Translations under genes and position numbers: made by a program
DNA from: Nitrospinales bacterium
GTDB taxonomy: Bacteria; Nitrospinota; Nitrospinia; Nitrospinales; VA-1
Length of the DNA stretch: 64,000 nucleotides
Reading direction: 5' to 3'
NCBI GenBank assembly: GCA_965223345.1
Contig: CBDCWG010000012.1
Span: 2,816,001-2,880,000 of the forward strand
The notes under the pieces: generated by a model
Told to the model about the DNA's origin: nothing
The model's database searches: none
The model's input: the letters and a program-made list of their open reading frames with translations, nothing else
Shown here: piece by piece, positions 30,735 through 40,635 of the stretch
Layout: each line of letters starts with the position of its first letter
Position numbering within the stretch: the stretch's first letter is position 1

Positions 30735-30964
30735 TTCCGCTCCTCCTAACGGACGGTTTTACAAGGGCTTAATATTCGGCTCTCCGTAATAATCCAGAGC
30801 TTTCGCTTGGGATTGAATCGATCGCCCTGAAATGCGAGAATCCTGAGCGAATAAAAGCGTTTTCTGAATGTCTCCCATTACGGTGGTTTTTCCTGAACAG
30901 GCTCATTTGGGCAAACAGGATTCCTATTTGAATTGCACTCAATTCAAACAGCGGGAGTTAAAAA

Positions 30965-33214
30965 ATGCTGCGCTGCCTCCTCCTTATTATTCTCTTCACC
31001 TTCTTTCCCCTGTCCGCCCTGGCGCAGTGCCCCGATGGCAGCAACCCGGTCGGTGAGATCACCAAAACATTTGAAGGTGTCGAGGTCATTCAAGGAAATG
31101 AACCTGCCAAACCCGCCGTCACAGGGGGTCTGGTCTGCCGGGGGGATACGTTCCGCACCGGCCCCGGTGGGCGCGCCCGGGTCGAATTCTTCGATCGCGG
31201 TTACGAACCGAATGAAAGCCGGTCATTCGTCAATATCGGTTCCGGCACGAAAGTCGAGATGTCGGCTTTCAGGTATGAGCCTCGAGAACGCTATCCCAAG
31301 CCGGTTCGACCCGGCATCATCGGAGCTTTGCAAAAAGTGAATCGGTTCATCGATGGAAAGATGCAGATTTTAAATGGAACGATTCGCGCGTACATAAAGA
31401 GCTGGGACATGCGTAGTAACTTTACGATACGGCATGGCGGTTCTCAGGCCAGAATTCCCGGCTCCGATGCCGCTTCGGCCTTTGATCCCGCTGAGGGCAC
31501 GAGCGTCGCCGCGACCTTTGATCCGGCCAGCGGCATGACCGAGCACCTGGTCGATCAGGGCCGTCTGGTTGTCGAGCGTCCCGACCAGAAAGAGGTTCTC
31601 GTCGAGGCGGGTCAAATGATTCGATCCCGAATAGGCGAGGAACCGGTGGTCAGCAAACTCGACCGCGCCTTGTGGAAAAAGCGGGAAGAAGCCACCGACG
31701 CACAGGACGGCAAGACACCGGAATCAGAACCGCAGGCTCAGGGCGGCCCCTGCCCCGAGGGTGACGAGGCAATCGGCACCCTTGTGTCGGTCTTCAAGAA
31801 TGTTCAGATCACGCGCGGCAACGAGCCTTACAAGACTGTCAAAAAGGGCCGTATCCTCTGCAAGGGAGACAAATTGCGCACCGGTCCGCGGGGCCGCGCC
31901 CGGATCAAATACTTTGATCGCGTCGAAGAAACCAACTCCGGCCCGACCATCGTCAATTTCGGCTCCAGCACAGAAGCCAGCATGGAGGATTTTAAATTCT
32001 CGTTGACCGATCAACCGAGAAGTTTCAGCGCTATCCGCTTGATCCGGGGAACGCTGCGCACCTTCATGAAAGATTGGGGCGCCAACGGCAACCACGGTCA
32101 GGTACGCACCGGCACTTCTCTCTGCGGCATCCGCGGTTCCCATGTGGCCTCGACCTACGATCCCGCCGACGGCATGGTCGGACACCTGGTCGAGCAGGGC
32201 AGCCTGGTGTGCGAAGCCCCCGACGGGCAGATCTTCATCAAAGGCGATGAAATGATCGTCATCCGTAAAGGCGAAGAGCCGGTCGTCACTAAACTGGACC
32301 GCTCATGGTGGGAAGAGCTGGAACAAGCCACCGACGCCAAGGATGGATGGAGGCCCGAGGACGAACCCAGTTTCAAAGGTTTGTCGCACGGAGCCGAGGA
32401 AGACTGGAGCGGAGGGTTTGAAGACGACGTCACGCAGGTCGATGAATGGGTGCAGGAAATTTTCCGGCTCAGCAAGGTCTGCGCCTACAGTGAAGCCCTG
32501 GCGCTGGCAGATAAAGTACTGGAAGTGGAGCCGGGGCATGCCTGGGTCAATGAAAACTATCCCTCGCTCAAGGAATGGGCCCAGCGCGGCAAGACGTTCC
32601 GCCGTTCCCTGGAATCGGCTTATCAGAGCGTGCGGCAAAACGAAACCGACCTGACCGTTTCCTACCTGCAGGAAGCGATGGAAAACGCATCCAGCCAATG
32701 CGGTCAGGATCAGATGGTGCAACAGGCGCTCGACGATGCGATCAAGCAGTCGGGTGGGAAACGTGAGGAGGCGATCGCACGCGCCAAACTCCGACGCCGG
32801 CAGATACTCGATCAATCCCACAGGCAGCGGGTGCAGACCCGGCAGAAGCGCAAATCCTCCGGCGGCAGCCGCGCGCTGGAAAACGCACTCGGCAATATCC
32901 TGAGATCCCTCAACCAACCGTCCGGCGGCAGCGTCGGGGGATTCACCACATCGGAGGAACTCATCCAAAGGCGTGTCGGGGGGGCCGACGCTGCGGATGA
33001 AGCATTCCGGAAATCGACGGGACCGGCTTTCATTCCCAAAGGGTTCACCCCCCGCCCTTCCACACCGCCGCCAGCGGCCCGGACGATTCAGCCGCCCCGC
33101 GCAACGGGCAGCGGTTCCGGCGGCCCCGGCACGGGGGAGTTTGACATGCCAATCCCCAGTATAACGGACCCCTGTGCCGGACCGCATCCCGACGGGGCCT
33201 GCCTGGGACGTTGA
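30965..33214 (+). CDS. Secreted protein with two tandem FecR-like domains and a helical/Pro-rich tail
   Basis: Signal peptide (ALA) and a duplicated C..GD.xRTGP.GRAR module. TPR-like helix region in the C-terminal part. Confidence 0.75.
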   Translation: MLRCLLLIILFTFFPLSALAQCPDGSNPVGEITKTFEGVEVIQGNEPAKPAVTGGLVCRGDTFRTGPGGRARVEFFDRGYEPNESRSFVNIGSGTKVEMSAFRYEPRERYPKPVRPGIIGALQKVNRFIDGKMQILNGTIRAYIKSWDMRSNFTIRHGGSQARIPGSDAASAFDPAEGTSVAATFDPASGMTEHLVDQGRLVVERPDQKEVLVEAGQMIRSRIGEEPVVSKLDRALWKKREEATDAQDGKTPESEPQAQGGPCPEGDEAIGTLVSVFKNVQITRGNEPYKTVKKGRILCKGDKLRTGPRGRARIKYFDRVEETNSGPTIVNFGSSTEASMEDFKFSLTDQPRSFSAIRLIRGTLRTFMKDWGANGNHGQVRTGTSLCGIRGSHVASTYDPADGMVGHLVEQGSLVCEAPDGQIFIKGDEMIVIRKGEEPVVTKLDRSWWEELEQATDAKDGWRPEDEPSFKGLSHGAEEDWSGGFEDDVTQVDEWVQEIFRLSKVCAYSEALALADKVLEVEPGHAWVNENYPSLKEWAQRGKTFRRSLESAYQSVRQNETDLTVSYLQEAMENASSQCGQDQMVQQALDDAIKQSGGKREEAIARAKLRRRQILDQSHRQRVQTRQKRKSSGGSRALENALGNILRSLNQPSGGSVGGFTTSEELIQRRVGGADAADEAFRKSTGPAFIPKGFTPRPSTPPPAARTIQPPRATGSGSGGPGTGEFDMPIPSITDPCAGPHPDGACLGR

Positions 33215-33294
33215 GTCATGATTTGTTCGCTTTGGCCAATGGGAAAAGCTTTATGCGGGAATGTTCCGCAACTGCGAGGCGGTGAGAATCACTC

Positions 33295-34248
33295 ATGAGC
33301 GAACCGTTTGCAACCAGCCTCAGGAGAATGAGACCCCTTCAATCGAGTATCCTTACCGCCCTCTTTCTGCTTTTGTCTGGATGCATGATTCCCCCGAAGG
33401 CGGGTCAGTTCTCCCGTCCCGATGACGCCGACATGCGCCGTTACAACGATATCACCGAAGCCCATTCGGCCAAGCTGCAGAAAGAGTTCGCGGGCAGGGA
33501 ATTTGTATTTATGCTGAACAAGGACGACAAAGCAAGCAATTCAAACCTGCGGGAGGAAGACCAGGTTAAAATCAGGTCCGATTCTGATGTCAAAGCCGGA
33601 ACGGTCGGGCGAATTCTCGGGCTGAACACAACCAGCTTGAACCAGATTCTGATCCTGTTTGAAACCGAAAACAACGACAAGGGTTCGATCTGGATCCGTG
33701 CTGCTGACACGCCCTTTCTGCAGGGCACAAAGCCCACAAAATTGACGGATAGTATCGCAACGGCGGCCTGGATAGAACAAAACTTTTTGAGAGTCGCAGA
33801 ATATATAGAAGCCCCGGCGCTATCCAAAGAAGAGGTTGTCCTGCCTGAAGCCAAAGAGGGACTGGTGTTGACCCCGCCACCCGAAACGGGGGAACCCAGT
33901 GAACTGAAAAACGCTCCCCAACCGGTGATCAACAACCTGAAGGCTTTGGCGGAGCCCGCTCGAGTCAGCCCAGGCGGCGAGGTGCGGTTGCTGCTGTCGT
34001 TCACGGTGGTGGCCGAAGGGATGCCGAAAGCCGAGGTCGAGGAAAAACGCACGCTCGAGTTCAACGGCAGCGCTCTGCCGCAATTTCCCGTCACCCGCAA
34101 AGTAGCGCGACCTGCAGGAAAACACACCAGCACCTACCGCCAGAAGATTCCCAAGAGTGCGAAACCGGGAATCTATCTGTTTCGTGGTGAGGCCTGTATC
34201 CAGAACGCCTGCAATAGCCATTCGGCTGAGTTCGAACTGCTGCCATGA
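33295..34248 (+). CDS. Lipoprotein, tandem paralog 1
   Basis: Lipobox LLSGC. Shared C-terminal Ig-like module ending C-IQNA-C..HSAEFEL. Confidence 0.8.
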   Translation: MSEPFATSLRRMRPLQSSILTALFLLLSGCMIPPKAGQFSRPDDADMRRYNDITEAHSAKLQKEFAGREFVFMLNKDDKASNSNLREEDQVKIRSDSDVKAGTVGRILGLNTTSLNQILILFETENNDKGSIWIRAADTPFLQGTKPTKLTDSIATAAWIEQNFLRVAEYIEAPALSKEEVVLPEAKEGLVLTPPPETGEPSELKNAPQPVINNLKALAEPARVSPGGEVRLLLSFTVVAEGMPKAEVEEKRTLEFNGSALPQFPVTRKVARPAGKHTSTYRQKIPKSAKPGIYLFRGEACIQNACNSHSAEFELLP

Positions 34249-36200
34249 AGCACCTCACTATTCCTAAATTAAAACTCATGGGGCCGGTGTGTGTCGCCCT
34301 CCTTGCTATAGCGGCGCTGTTCCTGGATGGATGCGTGAAACGGGCTTGGATCTCCCCCACGGAAGGGCAGTTTGCCCGGCCCGACGATGCCGACATGCGG
34401 CGCTTCAACGATCTCAGCGAAGCCCATATAGAAAAGCTTCAGAAGGCGTACACAGGCAGAGAGTTCGTATTCAGAATGAACTGGAAAACACATAAAGTAT
34501 TCACCGAAGACAAAAAAGAGGTCCACGTGCTCGCCGGCACGGTGGCGCGCATTCGGGGTCTCAACACCACCGACTACAAATATCTCTATGTCCTGTTCGA
34601 ATCCGAAGACGGGAAACGGGGTGTGATCCCGCTGGAACTCGTCGACAAAAGAACTGCGAACGAAAAAGCCTGGGTGCCGACACCCGTGTTGACAGACGAC
34701 ATCGTCACCGAGGCCTGGATCGATAGAAAAATTGCTCCCGTCGTGGAATATCTGGAAGCCCCTGGGCTTTCGAGAGAGGCGGTCGCCCTTCCCGAAGCCA
34801 AAGAGGGACTGGTGTTGACCCCGCCACCCGAAACGGGAACACCCGGCACGCCCCCATCCGAACCGCAGCAGGCCATCCACAACCTGAAGGCTTTGGCGGA
34901 GCCCGCTCGAGTCAGCCCAGGCGGCGAGGTGCGGTTGCTGCTGTCGTTCACGGTGGTGGCCGAAGGGATGCCGAAAGCCGAGGTCGAGGAAAAACGCACG
35001 CTCGAGTTCAACGGCAACGCTCTGCCCCAATTTCCCGTCACCCGCAAAGTAGCGCGGCCTGCAGGAAAGCACACCAGCACCTACCGCCAGAAAATTCCCA
35101 AGAGTGCGAAACCGGGACCTTACCTGTTTCGCGGTGAGGTGTGCATCCAGAATGCCTGCAGCAGCCATTCGGCGGAGTTTGAACTGCAGCCATGAGCAGC
35201 CGCTCAGTTCCTCATGTCAATACAATGAATCCCGCTCGCCTTGGAATCCTGACAGCCATCGTCTTCCTGTTTTATGCCTGCCAGCTGACGCCGGAAAAAG
35301 ATGTCACCGTCCTGCCGGACAGCTCTGGCAGCGAGCGCTTCAATGACTTGAGCCCCCAGCGTGTCGCCGAACTGAATCGGGCCCTCGTCGGGCGCGAATT
35401 CGTATTTCGCGTCGACTGGTTCATGCATTACATCGTCAATGAAAACGCTCTCGTGAACCGCTACTTTGAGCCCGGCAAGAAAACCAAGCGCTGGGGACGG
35501 GTTCCCGCCCACGCGGGCACGGTTGCAAAAGTAACTGGGCTGAATACAGCGGGAAACCACATCGTCGTTGTTTTGTTCGAGGATGAAAACGGCAACGAAG
35601 GCTCCATCTGGGTGAGCGCCAGCAAGCCCTGTTCCCCATCAGTTCCCGGTTGCTACAAACGCTGGCAGGACAACTGGTCCGCAAAACTGCCCAGCGAGTT
35701 GAACGACGATACGGTCAACGTCTCCTGGCTCAGGGACGTTCTTTCCAGACGCGCGGTGGAATTTGTCCGCCCCGAGTCTGCGCAGGATGTGACCCTACCC
35801 AGGGCTAAGGAGGGCCTGGTGCTGACCCCACCGCCCGGAGAAGCAAAACCCAAGGCTCCCTCCTCTCCGCAACAGCCGGTTATCCACGAACTCAATGCTT
35901 CGGCCGAACCCGCAAGGGTACAACGCGGCGGCGAGGTGCGGCTGATGCTGTCGTTCACAGTGGTCGCCGAGGGCATGCCGAAAGCCGAGGTCGAAGAAAA
36001 ACGCACTCTAGAATTCAACGGCAGCGCTCTGCCCAAGTTTCCCGTCACCCGCACGCTGGCGCGGCCTGCAGGAAAACACACCAGCACTTACCGCCAGAAG
36101 ATTCCCAAGAGCGCAAAACCGGGAACCTATACGTTCCGGGGAGAGGTTTGCATCCAGAGGGCGTGCAGCAGCCATTCGGCGCAGTTCGAACTGCGGCCTT
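33847..36200 (+). repeat. Three direct ~400-nt repeats forming the 3' ends of the three lipoprotein genes
   Basis: 33932-34069 is identical to 34879-35016 (138 nt, offset 947). 33847-33890 is identical to 34794-34837. A more diverged third copy lies at ~35800-36200. Confidence 0.9.
34245..35195 (+). CDS. Lipoprotein, tandem paralog 2
   Basis: ATGA overlap with paralog 1, lipobox-like FLDGC, same architecture. Confidence 0.8.
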   Translation: MKHLTIPKLKLMGPVCVALLAIAALFLDGCVKRAWISPTEGQFARPDDADMRRFNDLSEAHIEKLQKAYTGREFVFRMNWKTHKVFTEDKKEVHVLAGTVARIRGLNTTDYKYLYVLFESEDGKRGVIPLELVDKRTANEKAWVPTPVLTDDIVTEAWIDRKIAPVVEYLEAPGLSREAVALPEAKEGLVLTPPPETGTPGTPPSEPQQAIHNLKALAEPARVSPGGEVRLLLSFTVVAEGMPKAEVEEKRTLEFNGNALPQFPVTRKVARPAGKHTSTYRQKIPKSAKPGPYLFRGEVCIQNACSSHSAEFELQP

Positions 36201-36202
36201 GA
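35192..36202 (+). CDS. Lipoprotein, tandem paralog 3
   Basis: ATGA overlap with paralog 2, lipobox-like FYAC, same architecture. Confidence 0.8.
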   Translation: MSSRSVPHVNTMNPARLGILTAIVFLFYACQLTPEKDVTVLPDSSGSERFNDLSPQRVAELNRALVGREFVFRVDWFMHYIVNENALVNRYFEPGKKTKRWGRVPAHAGTVAKVTGLNTAGNHIVVVLFEDENGNEGSIWVSASKPCSPSVPGCYKRWQDNWSAKLPSELNDDTVNVSWLRDVLSRRAVEFVRPESAQDVTLPRAKEGLVLTPPPGEAKPKAPSSPQQPVIHELNASAEPARVQRGGEVRLMLSFTVVAEGMPKAEVEEKRTLEFNGSALPKFPVTRTLARPAGKHTSTYRQKIPKSAKPGTYTFRGEVCIQRACSSHSAQFELRP

Positions 36203-36311
36203 GTTCCTTTCCCCATCCCGGCATTTATCACAGAAGTTCCGGGGAATAAACAGCATCCCAGGGGATCTTCTTATGTCATGTTGCGGAATCACCCAAAAAG
36301 AGAGCAACACC

Positions 36312-37070
36312 GTGTCTGATGAAATTCCCAGTTATTACAGAGGACGCAAAGAGGCGCTGCTGAAAGATTTCGATCGCACCGCGGATTTGATGAAAGCGCC
36401 TCTGGCACAACGCCTGGGTGCACAAACTGCGACCGAAATGATACGGGACGTGCGCCGGGAATACGAAACGCTCATTCCCGAGATTCCCTACCTCAAGGGA
36501 TTGCGGGCGAGGACGTTCAACAACTTTCTTCTGATCACCGCGCAGGAGCTTGCCGTCTACAAAGCGCTGCAAAAAAGGGATAAATCCGCCTGCGATGCCT
36601 GGGAGTTGTGTCACGAGGCGCTGCGCCGGAGGCTGGCGGCAATCCCGCGCTGGAAGCGGTGGCTCATGAAATGCCTGATGTTCTCCCCGATCGTCAAGGC
36701 GGTGATGCGGCGGCGCGCCGAGAAGCAGGTGAAGGCCCGTTTCGGCGAATTCGAGGTGGAATATCTCATCGGCGACGGCAGGGAGTTCGACTTCGGCGTC
36801 AACTACCTGCAATGCGGCAACGTGAACTTTGTGAAAAAACACGGCGGAGAGGCGTTCGTTCCCTACATCTGCATGTCGGACATCGCGTTGAGCGAAGCTT
36901 TGGGATGGGGACTGACACGCACCCAGACCCTGGCCGACGGATGCCCCAACTGCAATTTTCGCTTTAAAAAAGGGAATGAAACACGGATTACCTCCCAAAC
37001 GTTTGAAGTACAAAAAACGATCGAGATGATCGCGGAAAAAGAAGCCCGCGAAGCCGGGGCGGTGAACTGA
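36312..37070 (+). CDS. L-2-amino-thiazoline-4-carboxylic acid hydrolase family protein
   Basis: Family Cys motifs LQCG, YICMSD, LTRTQTLADGCPNCNFRF. GTG start assumed. Confidence 0.8.
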   Translation: MSDEIPSYYRGRKEALLKDFDRTADLMKAPLAQRLGAQTATEMIRDVRREYETLIPEIPYLKGLRARTFNNFLLITAQELAVYKALQKRDKSACDAWELCHEALRRRLAAIPRWKRWLMKCLMFSPIVKAVMRRRAEKQVKARFGEFEVEYLIGDGREFDFGVNYLQCGNVNFVKKHGGEAFVPYICMSDIALSEALGWGLTRTQTLADGCPNCNFRFKKGNETRITSQTFEVQKTIEMIAEKEAREAGAVN

Positions 37071-37124
37071 CATGCGTTGCGCCTGCGGGCAGCGCGGGTT
37101 TCAATTTTATTTCGGGTGGACAGG

Positions 37125-37655
37125 ATGCGTCTCAGGGGCGTGCACCATGTGGAATTCAACGTTCTGGATTATGAAAAATCCCTCGAGTTTTACGACCGCA
37201 TGTTCGGCTGGCTGGGTTATTCCAGCTTCAGCACCCTGAACATCGAATACCAGGGCACCTACTACGTCGCCTACCCGCACAGCTACATCGGCATCCAGCC
37301 CGCCAGGCAGGAGCAACCGCTCGACTTCGACGCCTGGCAACCGGGAATCCATCACATCGCCCTGCAGGGGAAAAACCGTAAGGAAATCGACCGCTTCCAC
37401 ACAGAATTCTTACTCCGGCACGAAGTGCAGGTGGTCGATCCGCCGGCCGAATACCCGCACTACGCTCCCGGTTATTACGCGGTGTTTTTCAAGGATCCTT
37501 CCGGCATCAAGTGGGAGCTGGCGCATTTTCCCATCGTCCCCTCCCCCCGGGCCTTCTACCGCTGGTACAAACTGCTGAGCGAGGAAAAGAAAAAACATCC
37601 GGAATGGCAACGCCACCCGATGCACGAAGGGGTCCGCAAACTGCCGAAACCCTGA
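37125..37655 (+). CDS. VOC (glyoxalase) family protein
   Basis: VHHVEFNV.D...SLEFYD, GIHHIA, YYAVFFKDPSGIKWEL. Confidence 0.9.
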   Translation: MRLRGVHHVEFNVLDYEKSLEFYDRMFGWLGYSSFSTLNIEYQGTYYVAYPHSYIGIQPARQEQPLDFDAWQPGIHHIALQGKNRKEIDRFHTEFLLRHEVQVVDPPAEYPHYAPGYYAVFFKDPSGIKWELAHFPIVPSPRAFYRWYKLLSEEKKKHPEWQRHPMHEGVRKLPKP

Positions 37656-37845
37656 CGGGGGAATTGCCGGTTATTTTTTTTCAAAATCATTATAATGACC
37701 GGGCGTTTCCTGTTTGCATTGAAACGGAGGACCCGCTTTCCCTATCAGATATTATTTTCAACAATCGAAAGCTGCGCCCAAACGGATCCGTTTTGAACCT
37801 GCTGAGTTGATGTGCGACGAGACCAGACACTTTCCGGAGAATCGA

Positions 37846-38487
37846 ATGATGAACACTCGAAACGAAACGTTCAGAATAATTATTGCTTCGCTCCTGGTCA
37901 TCCTGGGGCTCAACGCCTGCGTCACCCAGGGCCCTTCCGGCACCGGATTCATAAGCGATCACTCCAAATTGCAGAAAAACCCCGATTTCGAGGGCTCGTT
38001 GATTTACTTCAACCCGGAAAGGCCTTTGAAAAACTATTCCAGGTTCATCGTCAACCCCGTTCAGGTTCGCTTGTCGTCCAGGGGGAAGATGTGGGATGTG
38101 GAAAAAAGCAGGCTGCACGGCGTTTCCCAGTACGTTTATGACCAAATCATCTCTGAGCTGACAAAAAGCGGCTACAACATCGTCAGCACACCGGGCCCCG
38201 ATACTCTGGTGTTGCGGGTTGCCATCACGGAAGTCGCGCCGACCCGAATGATCGATCCGCACAAAAGTCTGATTGTCGGCGGCATCAGCCTCGGCGGCGC
38301 TTCGGGTGAGGCCGAATTGATCGATGCGCTGACCGGGGAGGTGGTGGTCGCGGCCGTGGAATCCCAGAAAGGCGAAAAAGGATTTGATGATAGGACGGAA
38401 TACGGCAGCGCGAAAAACGTGATGGACCGGTGGGTCAAAAGGCTGATCATCCGGATGGATAAAGAACACGGGAAAACGAGACAATAA
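37846..38487 (+). CDS. DUF3313 family lipoprotein
   Basis: Lipobox LNAC, TGFISDHSKL, PGPDTLVLRVAITEV, EAELIDALTGE. Confidence 0.82.
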   Translation: MMNTRNETFRIIIASLLVILGLNACVTQGPSGTGFISDHSKLQKNPDFEGSLIYFNPERPLKNYSRFIVNPVQVRLSSRGKMWDVEKSRLHGVSQYVYDQIISELTKSGYNIVSTPGPDTLVLRVAITEVAPTRMIDPHKSLIVGGISLGGASGEAELIDALTGEVVVAAVESQKGEKGFDDRTEYGSAKNVMDRWVKRLIIRMDKEHGKTRQ

Positions 38488-38579
38488 ACCTTTTCAGTTC
38501 AGCCAGGGCGAGTCCCCAGCCAACAAGCGCCCCTTTTGTGCCGTTTGTGTGTGCGGCTCAACGTGCGACGTTTTTTGCT

Positions 38580-38987
38580 TCATTCGCTCACCTTCAGTTC
38601 CCGGAAGCCCGCCAGCACTTCATTGAGATATTCCGGATCGAACTCAAACCCGCCCTTCAGAAGATAATCCGCCGTTTTCACCGGGCCGGCACAGGCGTCG
38701 CCAAGCGCGAATTCGACCCAGAGCGCTGTTTTGCCCGCGGGAGTGGAAAAGGCGATGAAGCTGTCGTAGGTGCCTTGCAAACGGGGGATCTGCTGGCGTT
38801 CCAGGACGAAGGCATTCAATTCCTCAACGAATCGGTCCAGGTTGAGAAACTGCACGTCCGTGTTTTTGTCGGTAAACGCACCGTGCCCGATATCGACGGA
38901 CACTTCGACCTCAAACGAGGAATACTGCACATCGCCGTGTTTTTCGATACGGATCGCCGACCGGCTGTCCGAAGAATAAATTTTCAT
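38580..38987 (-). CDS. Hypothetical protein, WapI-like immunity protein
   Basis: 135 aa, beta-rich with an LDRFVEEL helix and C-terminal FEFDPEYL. Resemblance is by eye only. Confidence 0.5.
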   Translation of the reverse strand: MKIYSSDSRSAIRIEKHGDVQYSSFEVEVSVDIGHGAFTDKNTDVQFLNLDRFVEELNAFVLERQQIPRLQGTYDSFIAFSTPAGKTALWVEFALGDACAGPVKTADYLLKGGFEFDPEYLNEVLAGFRELKVSE

Positions 38988-39132
38988 TGGATTTTAGGGG
39001 GTTAGCGGTGTGTGTGTCACCTTTTGCATGATGCACGGCCGTGTCTGCGGCGGCCCTTGCTTCGCAGGCGGGCATTCTAGCGACTGGAGACCGGTTTGCA
39101 AAGGAAAACCGTTCGGTCCGGGATGCGGGCGT

Positions 39133-39717
39133 TCAGGACTGCTTGTAAAATCCGTTGCGGTGGTCGGGTTTGAGTTCCCGGGTGAGGTTCTGGCGCTTCT
39201 GGTGCATGCTGAGGTCGTGGGTCATGAGGAGCTGGTTGAGCATCTGCTGGCGGGAAAGCGGGATGTTGTGCGACTTGCCTTCGTACTGCACGACGAGTTT
39301 GCCGTTTTCCCCGTTCTCCACCTGCAAAGATTCTTCTTTGAGGATCTCCCCAGTCCAGCTCAGCAGAAAACGGCGGTCCCAGGGTTTGAGGAAATAAAAA
39401 TCGGCGCCGGATTCCAGCCCCTGGATGAGGGTTTTCATTTCCCAGGTGGCGGACAGGAGAACGACGGAAACGTCTCTCAGGGAAGGGTTTGCCTTGAGGG
39501 AGCGGCACAGCTCGAAGCCGTCCATGCCGGGCATGTAGATGTCGCTGAAGATGAGGCGGGGTTTGCGTTCGTGGATCCGTTCCAGTGCTTCGGCTCCGTC
39601 TGCGGCGACCTGCACGGCGTAGTCTTTCTTGGCCAGGGTGTGGCGGAGCAGGTTTCTCTGCTCCTTGCAGTCATCGACCACCAGAATCGGGGTCTCGGTG
39701 TCACTCAACGAAGGCAT
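39133..39717 (-). CDS. Response regulator receiver protein with short C-terminal tail
   Basis: ILVVDD, FSDIYMPGMDG, LLSA, GADFYFLKPW. Confidence 0.85.
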   Translation of the reverse strand: MPSLSDTETPILVVDDCKEQRNLLRHTLAKKDYAVQVAADGAEALERIHERKPRLIFSDIYMPGMDGFELCRSLKANPSLRDVSVVLLSATWEMKTLIQGLESGADFYFLKPWDRRFLLSWTGEILKEESLQVENGENGKLVVQYEGKSHNIPLSRQQMLNQLLMTHDLSMHQKRQNLTRELKPDHRNGFYKQS

Positions 39718-39880
39718 CTGGAATCAACCATTTCTATCCCGCGGCTCTTTTGAGAGCCTGGGACGCTGTATTCGAAACGGAACGCGTCGTTCGCGTTCCC
39801 GGCAAAGAGGGCGCACTCAAAAAAGGTTCCATCCGGGGCCCATCCGTTAAGTCCACCCCGGCAATCGGTCCCTTTGCGGA

Positions 39881-40306
39881 TCATTGATCCGGATCGGCTC
39901 CCACCAGAAATCCTTCGAGGTGCGCTTTCTTGCTGGCGTCGCCTTTGCGGTACACGCGGATCACTTTTTCCATCAGCTCGCGCAATTTGCGATCCTGCAG
40001 CAGATGGACGAACTCCTTCTGGAAAACGGACTTCTCGACGTTTTCCGATTCGGCGCGGATCATCGGGCCGCGGCCGGTCAGGAGCCAGTAGATGTTGATG
40101 TTGGAATACAGGCAGAGGTTGGCGAGGGTGGTTGCAGAGGGAAGGGACTTGTCGTTTTCCAGGTCCGAAAGAGACCCCTGGGAAACCCGGATCTTCTTGG
40201 ACAATTCCACCAGCTTCAGAAGTGAGTACTTGCGCCAGGCTTTCAGGCGCTTACCAACCGTCATAATGGTAATGGTTTCTTGAGATCCGTTGTTGTCAGT
40301 CGTCAT
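39881..40306 (-). CDS. XRE family HTH transcriptional regulator
   Basis: VGKRLK...ELSKKIRVSQGSLSDLENDKSLPS...WLLTG.G. ATG 40306 preceded by a purine-rich RBS. Confidence 0.9.
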   Translation of the reverse strand: MTTDNNGSQETITIMTVGKRLKAWRKYSLLKLVELSKKIRVSQGSLSDLENDKSLPSATTLANLCLYSNINIYWLLTGRGPMIRAESENVEKSVFQKEFVHLLQDRKLRELMEKVIRVYRKGDASKKAHLEGFLVGADPDQ

Positions 40307-40635
40307 AACTTCCCTCTTTAGAAGGTGCGGGTAATAATTTGAGGCCGGGACCACTCGACCCCAATACAGTTAATTTCTCCTAAATTTGCCGATTTTTGAA
40401 CAATTCTTTTACGAAATGGGCAAATTAATTTGCTGCTTACGGAGTTTTAAAAGCATAGGGGGGGCGTATGGCGAAACCGTTAAGCGTAAGTCACAGTCTT
40501 GTAACAATATAAGTGGATTTTCCCGCGCGGGAGGTAAAGGAACGGGCGTTTTGCTTTACTGCAAATCGGGCCAAAAAGGATGAAAAACCGGGCAGATATT
40601 TGCGGGTAATAGACTGAAATTGAGACCGGCAGGGC

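Noticed and set aside
33847..36200. Diversity-generating retroelement TR/VR pair
   Set aside because: All copies are coding, differences are not adenine-specific, and there is no reverse transcriptase in the window.
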